A DNA stretch of 64,000 bases from sequence record MZ443780.1. One strand, 5' to 3'. Under the pieces are notes generated by a model, which was not told where the DNA came from, made no database searches, and saw nothing but the letters and a program-made list of their open reading frames with translations. Below, piece after piece: positions 36,467 to 46,022 of this stretch (positions are counted from its first letter, which is position 1; the number at the start of each line of letters is the position of its first letter). Both the position numbers and the translations under genes were made by a program.

Positions 36467-37040
36467 GCAGATCGATTTGTTTGATACTAAAGGTGCCCAC
36501 GAGATTTCTGAGTATATAGAACTCGGTTCAGATGGACTTCCTCTAATGTTGGCTACACGCAATGACTGGCGAGTGTATGCTGCGTTCGGCGATCCTGTAG
36601 TGCGCGCGGAACTTTTGGAAAAGCACCCAGACCTGAAGCCGGGAAAATTGAAGTTCCGCAAGAAGCTGGTCATGATTCAAGAGTTTGTGTTGGTCACTCA
36701 TGACACACTCAAGGAAAGTCTGCGCAAGAAACAAGGCGATGTATACTCTGGAAGCTACGACAGGGACCCGCAGTACCTGATCAATGTGTATAATCACACT
36801 GAGAAGGTAGCGTTGTTCATGCGTGACTTCGAAGACTTCATGTCGGGCTTCATGAACGCCGTGCATCTGTTCACTGTGTCAACTGTGTATGACGGTCGCC
36901 TGTTGATCTTCGCAGAGAACGGAGCACCTATTGTCTCCGCAGAAGAAACGCTGGAGATGCTTAACGAGATTGAGCACTTCATTAACCGAAGCAAAGTGTA
37001 TCGCGTACACTCACAACACGCCATCTACCGTACAATCTAA
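36462..37040 (+). CDS. Hypothetical protein
   Basis: GGAG SD lies within the repeat. Confidence 0.75.
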   Translation: MEQIDLFDTKGAHEISEYIELGSDGLPLMLATRNDWRVYAAFGDPVVRAELLEKHPDLKPGKLKFRKKLVMIQEFVLVTHDTLKESLRKKQGDVYSGSYDRDPQYLINVYNHTEKVALFMRDFEDFMSGFMNAVHLFTVSTVYDGRLLIFAENGAPIVSAEETLEMLNEIEHFINRSKVYRVHSQHAIYRTI

Positions 37041-37087
37041 TCTATCAATAGCGGCAGCGCTCACGGGTGCTGCACAGGAGAAACATT

Positions 37088-38737
37088 ATGTCATTCGATA
37101 TGCGCAAAAACGTACTCATGGTTCGCTCTATGTCTCACGGCCAACCGTTCTATAACTTCTACAATGCAGTGGGCATCGAGTTTACGCTTGCCGGTTACCA
37201 GCTTAAAGAGATTTATGATTGCCATTACCAAGGTAAGCTGAGTGGCATTCGCACGTATTGGGGCTTCTCAAACAAAGCCACCAGTGAGACTTTCGAGTTC
37301 TCATCGCGCGGCGATCTGATGTGGAACGTGTCGCTGAACAATACTTGCCACACTCTGCTTCCGTTTGAAATGATTATCGGGCATGAGGGTTTCAACGTTG
37401 TTAATGGCTTCATGATTGAAGACCATGTACGCAAGCTGATCCGAATCCACCAGAGAGCTGTTGGTCGCACTCTCGAAAGTTATGTGTGGTTCGAAAAAAT
37501 GACTGAACCTCAGATGCGTGAGATGCTGGCTGCTCTTGGCCTGGGCCCGCTGCGCATTGAACGTGCAGACCGTGCTGAACTGATCAAGATTCATACCGAA
37601 TGGCTGCGTAAGCATGACGACGAGTTTAAGTATACGCACGATGCTATTGGTCTCGATCACGACCAGAAGATACCTGCTGACTTCTACGATGACCACGGTC
37701 GCCGTATCTCTCGTCGTATGCTGGCTGCACACAAAACAGTTGAGATGATGGCCACCGAGCTGTCCAATCTCATTCGCATTTTCGACCTGAACCCTAACTT
37801 CAATCACAAAGATCCGATGTGGGAGTTCGGGCTTGCTACAATCGCCGAGCGTTTCATCTATGCAGAAGACGCGAAAGAAGCGCTTGCTGCTATTCTCGAA
37901 AACAGCCAGTTCGTTGTTAACGGTGTGTATGCGTTAGCGCGTGATTACGATTGGCGTCAAGTCAACGAAGAAACAGAGGAATACCGCCAATCGTTGATTC
38001 GTCGTCTGCTGCAAGAACTGCGCAATGAAATCGAAGCCGAAGATTCGATGTTTGTTGTCGAAGACGGGATTGTGATGATCAAAGCTGTCGCTGTCACTGC
38101 GCACAACGAACAACTGTTGGCCGAACCTGACCTCGAAGAAGATGAAGAAGAGGACGAAGAAGAAGAGGTTGATGAGGTAGAAGATACGTCCGAAGAACAA
38201 CGCGCCGTGTTGAAAGCACTCACTGCTCTGCCTGACGATTCTCTGCGTAAGCTGTGTACTAATCATAAGCTCGCGCCTAAGCATCGTATTAGAAAGCTGA
38301 CTCGCACTGAGATGATTGAACTGTGCTGCGATTCATTCGGTACTGAACTGCCTGACGATATGGATGACGTAGACCCAGAAGCTGAGGCGGAAGTTGAGGC
38401 AAAAGCTGAATCAGGCAAACGTCCACGCAAGTACCCAGCTTTGGTTGATGACGTTAATATCAGCTACGACACTATTCGCTCTATTCTCATTCGTGCTAAA
38501 ATCCCAGGCACTGATCATAAAGGCGAACTGCATCGTGGTACGAAAGAGGCCCGAGCTATCGCTCGCAAGAAAATACTCAATAGCCTGAAAACTGCTGTTG
38601 ATACAGGCTTGCTTGAGACACTGGCTGCCTTTACGCTCGAAGCACTCGCCTGTGCTCTGACTAAAATGAAAGACGGTGATCGCTATCCTCGTGACTCTGC
38701 GTACCTGAAAGAACTAATTAAACACGCAACTCGTTAA
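37088..38737 (+). CDS. Multidomain protein with two HeH-like modules and an acidic tract
   Basis: CAGGAG SD; FEKMTEPQMREMLAALGL..ADRAELIKI and LTALPDDSLRKLCTNHKLAPKHRIRKLTRTEMIELC. Confidence 0.8.
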   Translation: MSFDMRKNVLMVRSMSHGQPFYNFYNAVGIEFTLAGYQLKEIYDCHYQGKLSGIRTYWGFSNKATSETFEFSSRGDLMWNVSLNNTCHTLLPFEMIIGHEGFNVVNGFMIEDHVRKLIRIHQRAVGRTLESYVWFEKMTEPQMREMLAALGLGPLRIERADRAELIKIHTEWLRKHDDEFKYTHDAIGLDHDQKIPADFYDDHGRRISRRMLAAHKTVEMMATELSNLIRIFDLNPNFNHKDPMWEFGLATIAERFIYAEDAKEALAAILENSQFVVNGVYALARDYDWRQVNEETEEYRQSLIRRLLQELRNEIEAEDSMFVVEDGIVMIKAVAVTAHNEQLLAEPDLEEDEEEDEEEEVDEVEDTSEEQRAVLKALTALPDDSLRKLCTNHKLAPKHRIRKLTRTEMIELCCDSFGTELPDDMDDVDPEAEAEVEAKAESGKRPRKYPALVDDVNISYDTIRSILIRAKIPGTDHKGELHRGTKEARAIARKKILNSLKTAVDTGLLETLAAFTLEALACALTKMKDGDRYPRDSAYLKELIKHATR

Positions 38738-38772
38738 TCGTCTAACCATACCTAACATTGTAGGGAATCAAA

Positions 38773-39225
38773 ATGAAAGAGAAAAATATTCTGGTACTGA
38801 ATCGTGTTCGCCTCGTTATGGAAGATATGCTCGTTGAGCAATTCGCTGACTTGGCCCGCAAAGACCAAGAACGTGCAGGCGACCTGAGCGTTATCATGCT
38901 GTCTAAGATTCAGCAGGGTGTTAACGCTATGCTTGCGAACGGTAACCCAGAAGCATGTTGTCGTGCTGATGTTGCGTGGACAGAATGCTCGTTCTTATCG
39001 ACGACTGGTCTGTTCGTGATTGCATCGTCTGCCGATGCTGAGGTGCTCAATCACTTTGAAGACTCGGACTATCTATGCCACATACGGGCTATCGAGCACT
39101 TCGCAAAAGAAGCTGGCTTCAAGTTCACTGTTGAGCCTATTCGTGTAGCGTTTCCATTCGAGAGCACGATCATCCCAGAAGCTCTGCGCTACGTGCCACC
39201 TACAGATAACTTGACTAAGCGCTAA
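38773..39225 (+). CDS. Hypothetical protein
   Basis: AGGGA SD. Confidence 0.75.
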   Translation: MKEKNILVLNRVRLVMEDMLVEQFADLARKDQERAGDLSVIMLSKIQQGVNAMLANGNPEACCRADVAWTECSFLSTTGLFVIASSADAEVLNHFEDSDYLCHIRAIEHFAKEAGFKFTVEPIRVAFPFESTIIPEALRYVPPTDNLTKR

Positions 39226-39229
39226 AACA

Positions 39230-39282
39230 GCAAAAATCTGGACAAAATGAGGGTAGTATGCGAAACTGCCCTATGCTATAAT
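39230..39282 (+). promoter_or_regulatory. Class I early promoter
   Basis: GCAAAAATCTGGACAAAAT ... AGGGTAGT-7-ACTGCCCT ... TG-C-TATAAT; offset 38; followed by the IR AAGCGTAGCA/TGCTACGCTT. Confidence 0.8.
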
Positions 39283-39333
39283 AGAAGCGTAGCATGTGCT
39301 ACGCTTTCTAACGTATGTCTGAGGAGACAAATC

Positions 39334-39795
39334 ATGCAAGAGCATAAAGCAACCCCGGCCGATATCGAACTGCAAGATCGTATGATGGAAGCGGGTGTCC
39401 AGCGCATCATCGAATTGAAACCTGAGTGGATCGACGTTTGTACTGCGGGACTTCGTTTGTACCTGACCGTGTGCGATCAAATCGGCGGTCCGATTCCTGA
39501 ACTGCGTTTCGTCCATAACAGCAAACCTTGTCGCATTCAATTCAACTTGAACGAATCGGCAGAAGGTACCGAGTTCACTGCGAACGATATCGATCACGAA
39601 AAGCAAATGGCAATATGTGATGCCATTCTTGATGTGGCCGACGCGAACGAAGATGGCCACTCGCTGTTAGACCTTGCCATTTGTTCTGGTCGCCTGTTCA
39701 TGATTGGTTATGACGGGCTTGCGGGTACGGTTGAGAAAGTTTGCTTCCGTTTCGCCAAGAAGAACTACACAATGAATCTGGTCAAAGGTGAATAA
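39334..39795 (+). CDS. Hypothetical protein
   Basis: GAGGAG SD before ATG 39334. Confidence 0.8.
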   Translation: MQEHKATPADIELQDRMMEAGVQRIIELKPEWIDVCTAGLRLYLTVCDQIGGPIPELRFVHNSKPCRIQFNLNESAEGTEFTANDIDHEKQMAICDAILDVADANEDGHSLLDLAICSGRLFMIGYDGLAGTVEKVCFRFAKKNYTMNLVKGE

Positions 39796-39796
39796 C

Positions 39797-40486
39797 ATGA
39801 AACTCTCGCCAACTATGTTGAAACGCAGCAAGCTAAACCCTGATGTGTTTGCGCTTGTTCGTGAAGGTGAAGTGCTGTCCTCATTCAAACCGAGCAAGCT
39901 CTTTGCGGCGCTCAATGCCGTTGTTAAAGACAGCGGGCTGAAAGAAGTCGATATCGTGTGGCGTGACGGTACGCGCACTGTAGAACATCTCATTGTTCAC
40001 CACACGCGCAAGCTAGTATCGACTGACACAATCATGAACTACTACAACGTGTGCCTGATGCTTCGCGCTCAAGGCGCTGCTGCTAGTCTGTCTACGCCTG
40101 TAGACATTCGTACTATGTTTGATTCGAACGGGCCTCTGATTAGCGAGATTCACATTGACCCTGAAATCGTCGATAAGCTGGTGGAAGCACTTACACCCAA
40201 GCACCCTATGTTTGCAGACGCGCACGGCATCGAAGAAGATGATGATGTGTTCGATGATGACGACGATTATGACCCTGATGATGACTTCGACGATGAGGAT
40301 TATCTCTCCGAAGATATCTCACCAGAAGAAGATCGTCTGAGCATTAGCGCTTGGGGATATCGCGCCGAAGACTGGACGACTACTTTGACGGACGACGATA
40401 TTCAGGAAGTGCATAGCCTCGAAGTGGGTATTGACCCTGACATTGAATTGCCACTCGCACCTGACGCGAAGGACAAATACTTCTAA
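39797..40486 (+). CDS. Hypothetical protein with an acidic C-terminal half
   Basis: AAGGTG SD; D-rich tract. Confidence 0.75.
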   Translation: MKLSPTMLKRSKLNPDVFALVREGEVLSSFKPSKLFAALNAVVKDSGLKEVDIVWRDGTRTVEHLIVHHTRKLVSTDTIMNYYNVCLMLRAQGAAASLSTPVDIRTMFDSNGPLISEIHIDPEIVDKLVEALTPKHPMFADAHGIEEDDDVFDDDDDYDPDDDFDDEDYLSEDISPEEDRLSISAWGYRAEDWTTTLTDDDIQEVHSLEVGIDPDIELPLAPDAKDKYF

Positions 40487-40677
40487 TGAAAAGCACTAAC
40501 GAACTGGTCAAAGAATTGAAGCAACGCGGCGAGCTTATTATTGACGAGCGAAACAAAGACATGCTGCCTGATTTGACATTCACGCTTGATTGCATGTGTA
40601 TCACCTACAAGAAGCGGGAAGTAGAAACAACTAAGCGCGGCCGCGTTGTCAGAATCAAACTGACCAGTATTCACTGA
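40486..40677 (+). CDS. Hypothetical protein
   Basis: TAATG coupling. Confidence 0.6.
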   Translation: MKSTNELVKELKQRGELIIDERNKDMLPDLTFTLDCMCITYKKREVETTKRGRVVRIKLTSIH

Positions 40678-40687
40678 TGTTCTCTTT

Positions 40688-40762
40688 GGCCCGACTGCCC
40701 AGCGATGCTCATCCCCCAGAAGAGGTGCCTCGCGCAGAGGCATGGCAGTTCGGGTCCTTTTT
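40688..40762 (+). ncRNA. Candidate structured RNA (multi-branch) ending in a U-tract
   Basis: 12-bp closing stem GGCCCGA-CTGCC/GGCAG-T-TCGGGTC enclosing inner hairpins, including TGCCTC/GAGGCA; TTTTT follows. Confidence 0.35.
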
Positions 40763-40816
40763 GAAGCGCACTTGCGAGTACGCTGCATAAAGTAAAAACA
40801 AACAGGAGGCTGTTGA

Positions 40817-41278
40817 ATGAAATTCACCGAAGTAAGTAAAGATGCACAGGTCATTCTCATGGGTTCCGCACTTGCGGGAGTTATCGAAGTGTTTGGCCGC
40901 GATGCCGATGACGGCGGTCGCAAGCTGCTGATTACTGCATTGAATCAGATTGGCCTGACGCCTGACGAGTTCAAGGCTCTGATCAACAACATGACAATTT
41001 CAGTCAGGGCAGAAGTTGGTGCAGTGCGTGTGCTCGAAGCAGATCCGGACGATGACTTCGAAGAAGACGCCGAAGACTTCGGTGCCTGTGCTGAGTGCGA
41101 TCGTCCAGTAGAAGATTGCGTGTGTGACGATGAAGACGACGACCTCGATACGTCAGAGCAACGTCCAGGCAATCTGAACGATGACGGTCGGACAGACGAA
41201 AATGGCTGGCAGAATCTCGATGAAGATGCCGTCTGCCGTGTATGCCACCAACAAGTGTGTGAGTGCCGAGGCTACTGA
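40817..41278 (+). CDS. Acidic protein with two Cys clusters
   Basis: CAGGAGG SD; CAECDRPVEDCVC and CRVCHQQVCEC. Confidence 0.75.
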   Translation: MKFTEVSKDAQVILMGSALAGVIEVFGRDADDGGRKLLITALNQIGLTPDEFKALINNMTISVRAEVGAVRVLEADPDDDFEEDAEDFGACAECDRPVEDCVCDDEDDDLDTSEQRPGNLNDDGRTDENGWQNLDEDAVCRVCHQQVCECRGY

Positions 41279-41490
41279 TGAGCAGACCGACACAAGACGA
41301 AATCAATGGTCAGATAGCTGCCTCCGAAGAGCAACGCTATAACGAGCAGATCGCTCAATACGATGACTGGACAGACGACGAGCTGGCTGATGCTGTAGAA
41401 GCAAACGAGCTTGTGGGTGAAGACGAAGACGCAAGCGACTACAGCCGCGAAGCGCTGATTCGAATGCTGCTGGCGGATCGACGATTCTAA
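41278..41490 (+). CDS. Small acidic HeH-module protein
   Basis: TGATG coupling; YDDWTDDELADAVEANEL..SDYSREALIRMLL. Confidence 0.7.
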   Translation: MSRPTQDEINGQIAASEEQRYNEQIAQYDDWTDDELADAVEANELVGEDEDASDYSREALIRMLLADRRF

Positions 41491-41543
41491 GCAAAAATCT
41501 GGACAAAATGAGGGTTGTCTCAAAACAGCGCCCCTGATACAAT
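41491..41543 (+). promoter_or_regulatory. Class I early promoter
   Basis: GCAAAAATCTGGACAAAATGAGGG ... TTGTCT-17-TACAAT with TG; offset 38. Confidence 0.8.
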
Positions 41544-41547
41544 ATAA

Positions 41548-41744
41548 AGACAGCGAGACATGTTCTCTCTGTTATGTGCCTATAACGTTTTGACCGTGTG
41601 TTTATCTTTTCCCGGGCACACGGTCCTTTTTAAAGTCGCTTCGATGAGGCTGCTTTAAAAAGGGTTCAATACCCTTTGAGCGCACCGGGCTTTACGCGGT
41701 TTCCGCCTTGTGTGCTCTCATGCTAAACCGCAAAGGAAATAGAT
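41548..41744 (+). ncRNA. Candidate structured 5' leader/ncRNA
   Basis: Five consecutive stems, including GACCGTGTG/CACACGGTC, TTTTAAAG/CTTTAAAA, AAAGGGT/ACCCTTT, GAGCGCAC/GTGTGCTC. Confidence 0.4.
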
Positions 41745-42557
41745 ATGCCAAACTTACGTGCTAAACCAGAAGACAAATTTTCTAAAGCTCGTTCTGCGAA
41801 GAACTCACCTGAACGTCAGGCTGCTGCTGAGAAGAAACGCACAACCCCACGCGGTCCGTCTTCTGCTAAACCTCGTCAGTTGCCGCCGGGCTATGGCTAT
41901 AAGTCAAAAGCTACAGGCGAACGTGCGCCAGAGCGTGACGATAAAGAGTCCCAGAAACCTGATTTGAGTAAGAAAGACTGGGTTGCTCGTCGTGACGCAA
42001 CGCCGAAGATGCGTGATGAAGAACGTGTATTCAATCTCGTTCACGCAATTCTGGCTGCATGGAAAGCGGATATCGGACACGCCGAACATACGGCAGCATC
42101 TTCTGGTATCATCAAAGTGTCTCGTCGTAAAGTTGAAGGCGCATTGCGCGATCTCAAGAATACGCGCTTCACTAAAATCCCAACGCTCATCAATGAAATT
42201 CTGACACACTCTGATGTGTGTGAGGAATTCGGGATGTGGGTGTACGTCGAGCACGACACGCCGGATTGGATCTTCGTGCGTCTGCCTGAAGACAGCACGC
42301 CTGTGCTTCGCGCTGATATCGTCTACGACCGCACAGGTCAAACTGCTACGACGATCACGACTTCGAGTGAACCGCTGCTTGAAGTCTTAGGGGAAGACGA
42401 CGAGCCAGAAATGCTCGAATGCAATGAGCGCGATATTGAAGACCTTGAAACTAAGGCAATGCGCAAAGAGCTGATCGACAAGGGCATCATCAAGCCAGAA
42501 GCTGCTGATAAGCTGAGTCGACCGGATCTGATGAAGCTGTTAGCGTACTACGCATAA
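41745..42557 (+). CDS. Protein with a basic disordered N-terminus, a central domain and a C-terminal HeH module
   Basis: K/R/P-rich first ~85 aa; IEDLETKAMRKELIDKGII..DKLSRPDLMKLL. Confidence 0.8.
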   Translation: MPNLRAKPEDKFSKARSAKNSPERQAAAEKKRTTPRGPSSAKPRQLPPGYGYKSKATGERAPERDDKESQKPDLSKKDWVARRDATPKMRDEERVFNLVHAILAAWKADIGHAEHTAASSGIIKVSRRKVEGALRDLKNTRFTKIPTLINEILTHSDVCEEFGMWVYVEHDTPDWIFVRLPEDSTPVLRADIVYDRTGQTATTITTSSEPLLEVLGEDDEPEMLECNERDIEDLETKAMRKELIDKGIIKPEAADKLSRPDLMKLLAYYA

Positions 42558-42567
42558 GCAATAACGA

Positions 42568-42595
42568 GCAGGGCGCTGAAATATAGCTGCCCTGC
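42568..42595 (+). terminator. Stem-loop after the gene, possible terminator
   Basis: GCAGGGC-GCT..AGC-T-GCCCTGC; no T tract. Confidence 0.45.
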
Positions 42596-42609
42596 TATCT
42601 GCGAAGTAT

Positions 42610-42663
42610 GCAGAAAACTGGACAAAATCGTGGTTGTTATCTGACAGCCACCTATGCTACAAT
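42610..42663 (+). promoter_or_regulatory. Class I early promoter
   Basis: GCAGAAAACTGGACAAAAT ... GTGGTTGT-6-ACAGCCAC ... TG-C-TACAAT; offset 39. Confidence 0.8.
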
Positions 42664-42723
42664 ATATGCAGACGCAGTGAGCGTCGAAATCAAACTAAAC
42701 AACAATACTGAGGAGTATTTATC

Positions 42724-44322
42724 ATGGCACGTATCGAAACTAACTCTAACCTGGTTGGCAAAACTATCATCCTGCTGAACGGCACCAAATCTAAAATCGA
42801 AGATGCTATCGCGTCCGGTTACAAGGTGAAAGGTCAGAGCAAACGTATCGCAACCCGCTGCGTTATCAAAGAGGGTTCTCACTTCCGTGAGATCGAGCGC
42901 ATGAATCTGAGCCAGCTTGAAGATACCGGCGAAGGTTACGTCAAGCTGAAAGAAGCGAAAGCGTCCGGCAAGAAAACTGCCGGTAAGAAAGAAGCTGCAA
43001 CGCCGAAAGCGTCCGGCAAGAAAACTTCTGGTAAGAAAGATGCGAAACCGTCGAAAGACAAAGAACCTAAAGTTCGTCGCAAATCTTCCGAAGAGCAGTC
43101 CGAAGATTATCAGAATCTGGCACACGCTATCATCAAAGGCGGCAAAGCTAAACCTGCAGTTGAAATCGAAACTGTTGACGAAGCGCTGACCGATACTGTG
43201 GCAAAACGTATCGCCGATATCGTGCTTAACACTGACGTTGCGAAAGTGTGCGCTGATAACAAAACGCCGATCGCAAACGCCCTGGATGTTACTTACGGCG
43301 CCGAGTATGCTGCTGATGGTAACGTCATGCAGATCACTCTGAACCTGCAATACGCGAAGCCTGTCAAAGTGCTTGCTCGCCCTACGCTCGAAAATGCAGA
43401 AGCTATCGCAATGCGAGCGCAGAAAATGATCGCGCCTAAGCTGTCTAAGAAGCTGGCGAAAGCGATTCGTGAAGCGTTCAATATCGAAGACGCAGACGAG
43501 CTGGAAGCAGGTACTATGCTGCTGAAAGACGGCGAAGAGTTTGTCTTCTACGGCGAATCTGCGAAGCACCTCGGCAAAGCGCTGCTGTATGTCGTAGCTA
43601 CCGACAAGTTCAAATCTGTCCTTGGCTCTACGCTGGGTGAGTACGAAATCCCAGACGCAGAAGAAGAAAACGACGACGAGGAAGAAGTCGAAGAAGAGGA
43701 AGAAGAAGAGGTCGAAGAGGAAGAGGAAGAAGAAGACGGCGAAGAAGATAGTGAAGAAGACGGCGAAGAAGAAGATGCCGCCGAGTACGAATACGTCAAA
43801 GTCACTAAAGACCATATCAGCATGGTTAACAAGAAAGTGACCGCGAAGTATCACGCCGCGCTGGCTGAACGCTTCAACACTACCGAAGAAGTTCTCGTCC
43901 CTGGCCTCGTATTGACTGACGGCGACACAACGTTCGCGTACCTTGGCTGTGATAGCAAAGGCGGCCTGCTCGTTATCGACGTAGAAGCTGAGGCAGATGA
44001 TGAAGATGTTCTGCTGTATAGCAAAGCGGATATCAAAACGCTGAACGACTTCAACCCTGTGATCGATAGCGGCCTCGTTTCTGACGACGAAGAAGAAGAC
44101 GGTGAAGAAGATACCGAAGACTTCGAAGACGGTAACGACGATGAAGAAGAAGAAGACGGCGAAGACGAAGAAGAGAGCTTCGAATTTGACGACGAAGAAT
44201 CTGTTGACCTCGAAGATCTGTCTGACGACGAACTGCGTGAACGTGCCGTTGAGCTGGGTCTGACTACACCGCGCAAATCTGAAAACATGACCGGCGCACA
44301 ACTGCGCAAGCTGCTGAAATAA
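42724..44322 (+). CDS. Charge-segregated protein: basic N-half, poly-D/E tracts, duplicated small domain, C-terminal HeH
   Basis: GAGGAG SD; KASGKKT repeat with a 48-bp period (42957, 43005); two acidic tracts. Confidence 0.85.
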   Translation: MARIETNSNLVGKTIILLNGTKSKIEDAIASGYKVKGQSKRIATRCVIKEGSHFREIERMNLSQLEDTGEGYVKLKEAKASGKKTAGKKEAATPKASGKKTSGKKDAKPSKDKEPKVRRKSSEEQSEDYQNLAHAIIKGGKAKPAVEIETVDEALTDTVAKRIADIVLNTDVAKVCADNKTPIANALDVTYGAEYAADGNVMQITLNLQYAKPVKVLARPTLENAEAIAMRAQKMIAPKLSKKLAKAIREAFNIEDADELEAGTMLLKDGEEFVFYGESAKHLGKALLYVVATDKFKSVLGSTLGEYEIPDAEEENDDEEEVEEEEEEEVEEEEEEEDGEEDSEEDGEEEDAAEYEYVKVTKDHISMVNKKVTAKYHAALAERFNTTEEVLVPGLVLTDGDTTFAYLGCDSKGGLLVIDVEAEADDEDVLLYSKADIKTLNDFNPVIDSGLVSDDEEEDGEEDTEDFEDGNDDEEEEDGEDEEESFEFDDEESVDLEDLSDDELRERAVELGLTTPRKSENMTGAQLRKLLK

Positions 44323-44343
44323 TCTCGCTGTAAACTGAACGAC

Positions 44344-44374
44344 TGTGCGGTTCAAATCGAGCCGCACATTTATT
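44344..44374 (+). terminator. Intrinsic terminator
   Basis: TGTGCGGTTC-AAATC-GAGCCGCACA-TTTATT. Confidence 0.7.
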
Positions 44375-44403
44375 GACAACTAAGCTGATTGAGGAATCAC
44401 ACT

Positions 44404-45642
44404 ATGTCAAACGCAAACAAAAATCTGCTGAATGCCCGTGTTCGTCGTCTGGACGGTACTACCACTTACATCAACAAAGTGAACGCTAACGGTTATAGCA
44501 CCGACGCGAAGGGCCCTCAAATCCCTGTGAAACGCATCGTGCTCGCGGGCAAAACGCTGAAAGAGATTGAAGCGCCCTACGCGAAAACTGAGCACGTTCT
44601 GATTGACGGCATCACTGTGAAGCTGAACAAGCGCCAGCAAAAAGATCTGCGCAACGATGAAATCGACGTTGACACGATCAAGCCTGATTTTAGTTCTCTG
44701 GTGTACATCGACCCGGAAACAGGCAAGCCTGCTGTAGCGAAAGCTACGAAGCCGAAAGGCGGTGTGAAAGCGACGCGCGAGCGCAACAAAGACACGCGCT
44801 CTAAGAAAGAGCGTAAAGCAGAAGCAGACGCGTCGAGTGCTGACCTCGATATGATCCCACGCTCTGATGCGATTGACCGCAAAGCAGAGCTGGTGCAAAT
44901 GATCGACGCGACAATCGCCGACGCAACGACGAAAGATCGTCGCAAGATGTTGAGCGAAGCGTTTGACATGGACTGGAAAGATGTTAAGCATCACGGTGGC
45001 AAGGGTGTTGTCAAGCACATGGGACGCAAGGCAGCACAACGCGCCTGTGATAAGCTGCGCGTAGCAACTACCAGCGATGCGTATATTAAGCAGATGCCCA
45101 TCGAGCTTAAACGTCTTATTCAAGACGGTAAGCTGACGCTCAACAAGAAACAGATTGAGCGTGTGTTAGACGTGTTTGGGCTTGATATGCAGTTCTATGC
45201 AACTGCGATGCAGACGCTGCTGGGTAATCTCAAGCTGTCGCTCGATAAATCTATCGAGAACCCGAAAGTGAAAGAGAAGAAAGCGAAACACAAACTCGCT
45301 GTGCCGACCTACGCGTCTGAGAAAGAACAGACCAAGCGTGTGCGCAAGATGACTGTAAAACTCATCAAGCCGCCGAAGTCTGCAATGGCAGAGGCGAAAG
45401 CGCACATCAAAGAGTCGAAAGCGACTATCGCCAAGAAGCTGGGCATCAAGCCTGCTGACGTGAAGCGTGGTCTGCTGTGTTATAAACCGAACGGCGTTGA
45501 GCTGATGTTCGTAGCTTGCGACATGACCGGCCCTGTCTTCGTTGAGAAAGACGGTAGCGAGTGCGTAATGTCACACGCGAACGTGAAGCACACTTTCAAC
45601 CTGACGCTGGGCACTAACTCTGAACTGGACGCGGCTGTATGA
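44404..45642 (+). CDS. Basic paralog of the 42724 protein
   Basis: GAGGA SD; shares N- and C-terminal domains with 42724; K-rich. Confidence 0.85.
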   Translation: MSNANKNLLNARVRRLDGTTTYINKVNANGYSTDAKGPQIPVKRIVLAGKTLKEIEAPYAKTEHVLIDGITVKLNKRQQKDLRNDEIDVDTIKPDFSSLVYIDPETGKPAVAKATKPKGGVKATRERNKDTRSKKERKAEADASSADLDMIPRSDAIDRKAELVQMIDATIADATTKDRRKMLSEAFDMDWKDVKHHGGKGVVKHMGRKAAQRACDKLRVATTSDAYIKQMPIELKRLIQDGKLTLNKKQIERVLDVFGLDMQFYATAMQTLLGNLKLSLDKSIENPKVKEKKAKHKLAVPTYASEKEQTKRVRKMTVKLIKPPKSAMAEAKAHIKESKATIAKKLGIKPADVKRGLLCYKPNGVELMFVACDMTGPVFVEKDGSECVMSHANVKHTFNLTLGTNSELDAAV

Positions 45643-46022
45643 CGAACAACGAGATTATCCTGACAGGTGTATTTGCTCAATTGTACTCGCGGCTGACTAC
45701 AGCCGCTGTACTTGAAACGTATGTGTACTATTCTGATTTGGCCCCTGTAGTGTTTGGTGTGCAACTGTCCACCGTGAGCAATTCGCAGTACAACGCCTTG
45801 TGGGAACTCGTTGCGAAAACAATGCGCGTCGATATCGCAGCGGGCAGACCACCGCTTGCTGCGTTGTACGTGTCTCGCGCAACTGACGAGAAGACACCGA
45901 GCAAAAAGTTCTTCAAAGAATACTACAAACTCACGGGCGTACATCTGTCTGAGACAGACTGGCGAGCACTCGTTGAACATGTGTGGAAATCTTATGCACC
46001 AGATCTTCGGGAGCCATCATGA
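45639..46022 (+). CDS. Hypothetical protein
   Basis: ATGA overlap; GRPPLAALYV. Confidence 0.7.
   Translation: MTNNEIILTGVFAQLYSRLTTAAVLETYVYYSDLAPVVFGVQLSTVSNSQYNALWELVAKTMRVDIAAGRPPLAALYVSRATDEKTPSKKFFKEYYKLTGVHLSETDWRALVEHVWKSYAPDLREPS

Noticed and set aside
40688-40762. tRNA gene
   Set aside because: No TTCRA T-loop or D-loop GG in the right positions and no CCA; I found no credible tRNA anywhere in the window
41560-41658. 32-aa hydrophobic ORF (MFSLLCAYNVLTVCLSF...) as a type I toxin or leader peptide
   Set aside because: Weak SD and atypical codons; better explained as a by-product of the T-rich hairpins. Ribo-seq could overturn this
42652-44379. 575-aa minus-strand ORF, and similar ones at 438-1892, 48176-49405, 49697-51055, 52353-53117, 53438-54037
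   Set aside because: They are antisense shadows of strongly biased + strand genes (GAA/GAC/AAA runs read as poly-F/S/V), with no SD or motif support
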